From: Octopus vulgaris
Taxonomy: Eukaryota
Direction of reading: 5' to 3'
DNA length: 64,000 bases
Assembly: GCA_951406725.2 (NCBI GenBank)
Contig: OX597831.1
Location: 72,602,001-72,666,000, forward strand
The number at the start of each line of letters is the position of its first letter. Position 1 is the first letter of the stretch. Below, piece after piece: positions 63,481 to 64,000 of this stretch. Made by a program: the position numbers and the translations under genes. The notes under the pieces are model-generated. The model made no database searches, was not told the DNA's origin, and worked only from the letters and a program-made list of their open reading frames with translations.

Positions 63481-64000
63481 TTAATAACCATGTTCCATGC
63501 TGGCATGGGCTGGATGGTTTCACAAGATCTGATGGGTCCAAGGACTAAATTGTGCTCTGGTGTCTGCTTTGGCATGGCTTCTATGGCTTGATGCCCTTCT
63601 TAATGCCAACCACTTTACAACATGGAATGGGTGACATTTTTATGTCACCAGCAGCAATAACAATAATAATAATGGTTTCTGGTTTAGGCACAAGACCAGC
63701 AAATCTGATAACATCAACCCCAGTCCTTAACAGGTGCTTTATTTTATCGACCCTGAAGGAATGAAAGCAAAGTTAACATTGGCAGGGTTTGAACTCAGAA
63801 ACTAAAGAGTTGGAATAAATACTGGAAACCATTTTTTGTAATGCTTTAACAATTCTGTCAGCTAACGACCTTTAAAAGTGGTTTCTAATTTAGGTACAAG
63901 AGCAGCATTTTTCCAGGAGCTGGGTTAGTCAATACCACTGACCCTTAATAATTGGCTAAAACTTTATTCTATCAACCTTTGGAAGAGAAAGGAAAAGTTG

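Overview
AT-rich, repeat-dense animal genomic DNA. The tRNA-derived SINE families and (AT)n/(AAT)n/(CA)n microsatellite load look like an octopus or other cephalopod genome; this is inferred from recognising the repeats. The main gene is on the minus strand: the 3' part of a TAPP/PLEKHA1-2-like tandem-PH-domain gene. Eight small GT-AG coding exons lie between 61917 and 33354 and join in frame; the 5' exons lie beyond the window end. A weaker set of minus-strand exon candidates (20208-20264, 15785-15876, 7948-8084) may belong to a second gene. Almost all listed ORFs are artefacts of microsatellites or SINEs. Mobile DNA includes several SINE families, R4/Dong-like and RTE LINE fragments, a decayed Tigger/pogo element with nested insertions, TTAA (piggyBac-type), mariner and hAT MITEs, and Helitron-type elements. 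The most striking observation is six unrelated short elements carrying minimal type I hammerhead-ribozyme-like motifs, most of them inside inverted-repeat foldbacks. One has a tRNA-derived head (retrozyme or Penelope-type non-autonomous element), and its best-preserved hammerhead lies on the sense strand of a PLEKHA intron. All calls come from reading the sequence by eye; no searches or folding programs were run.
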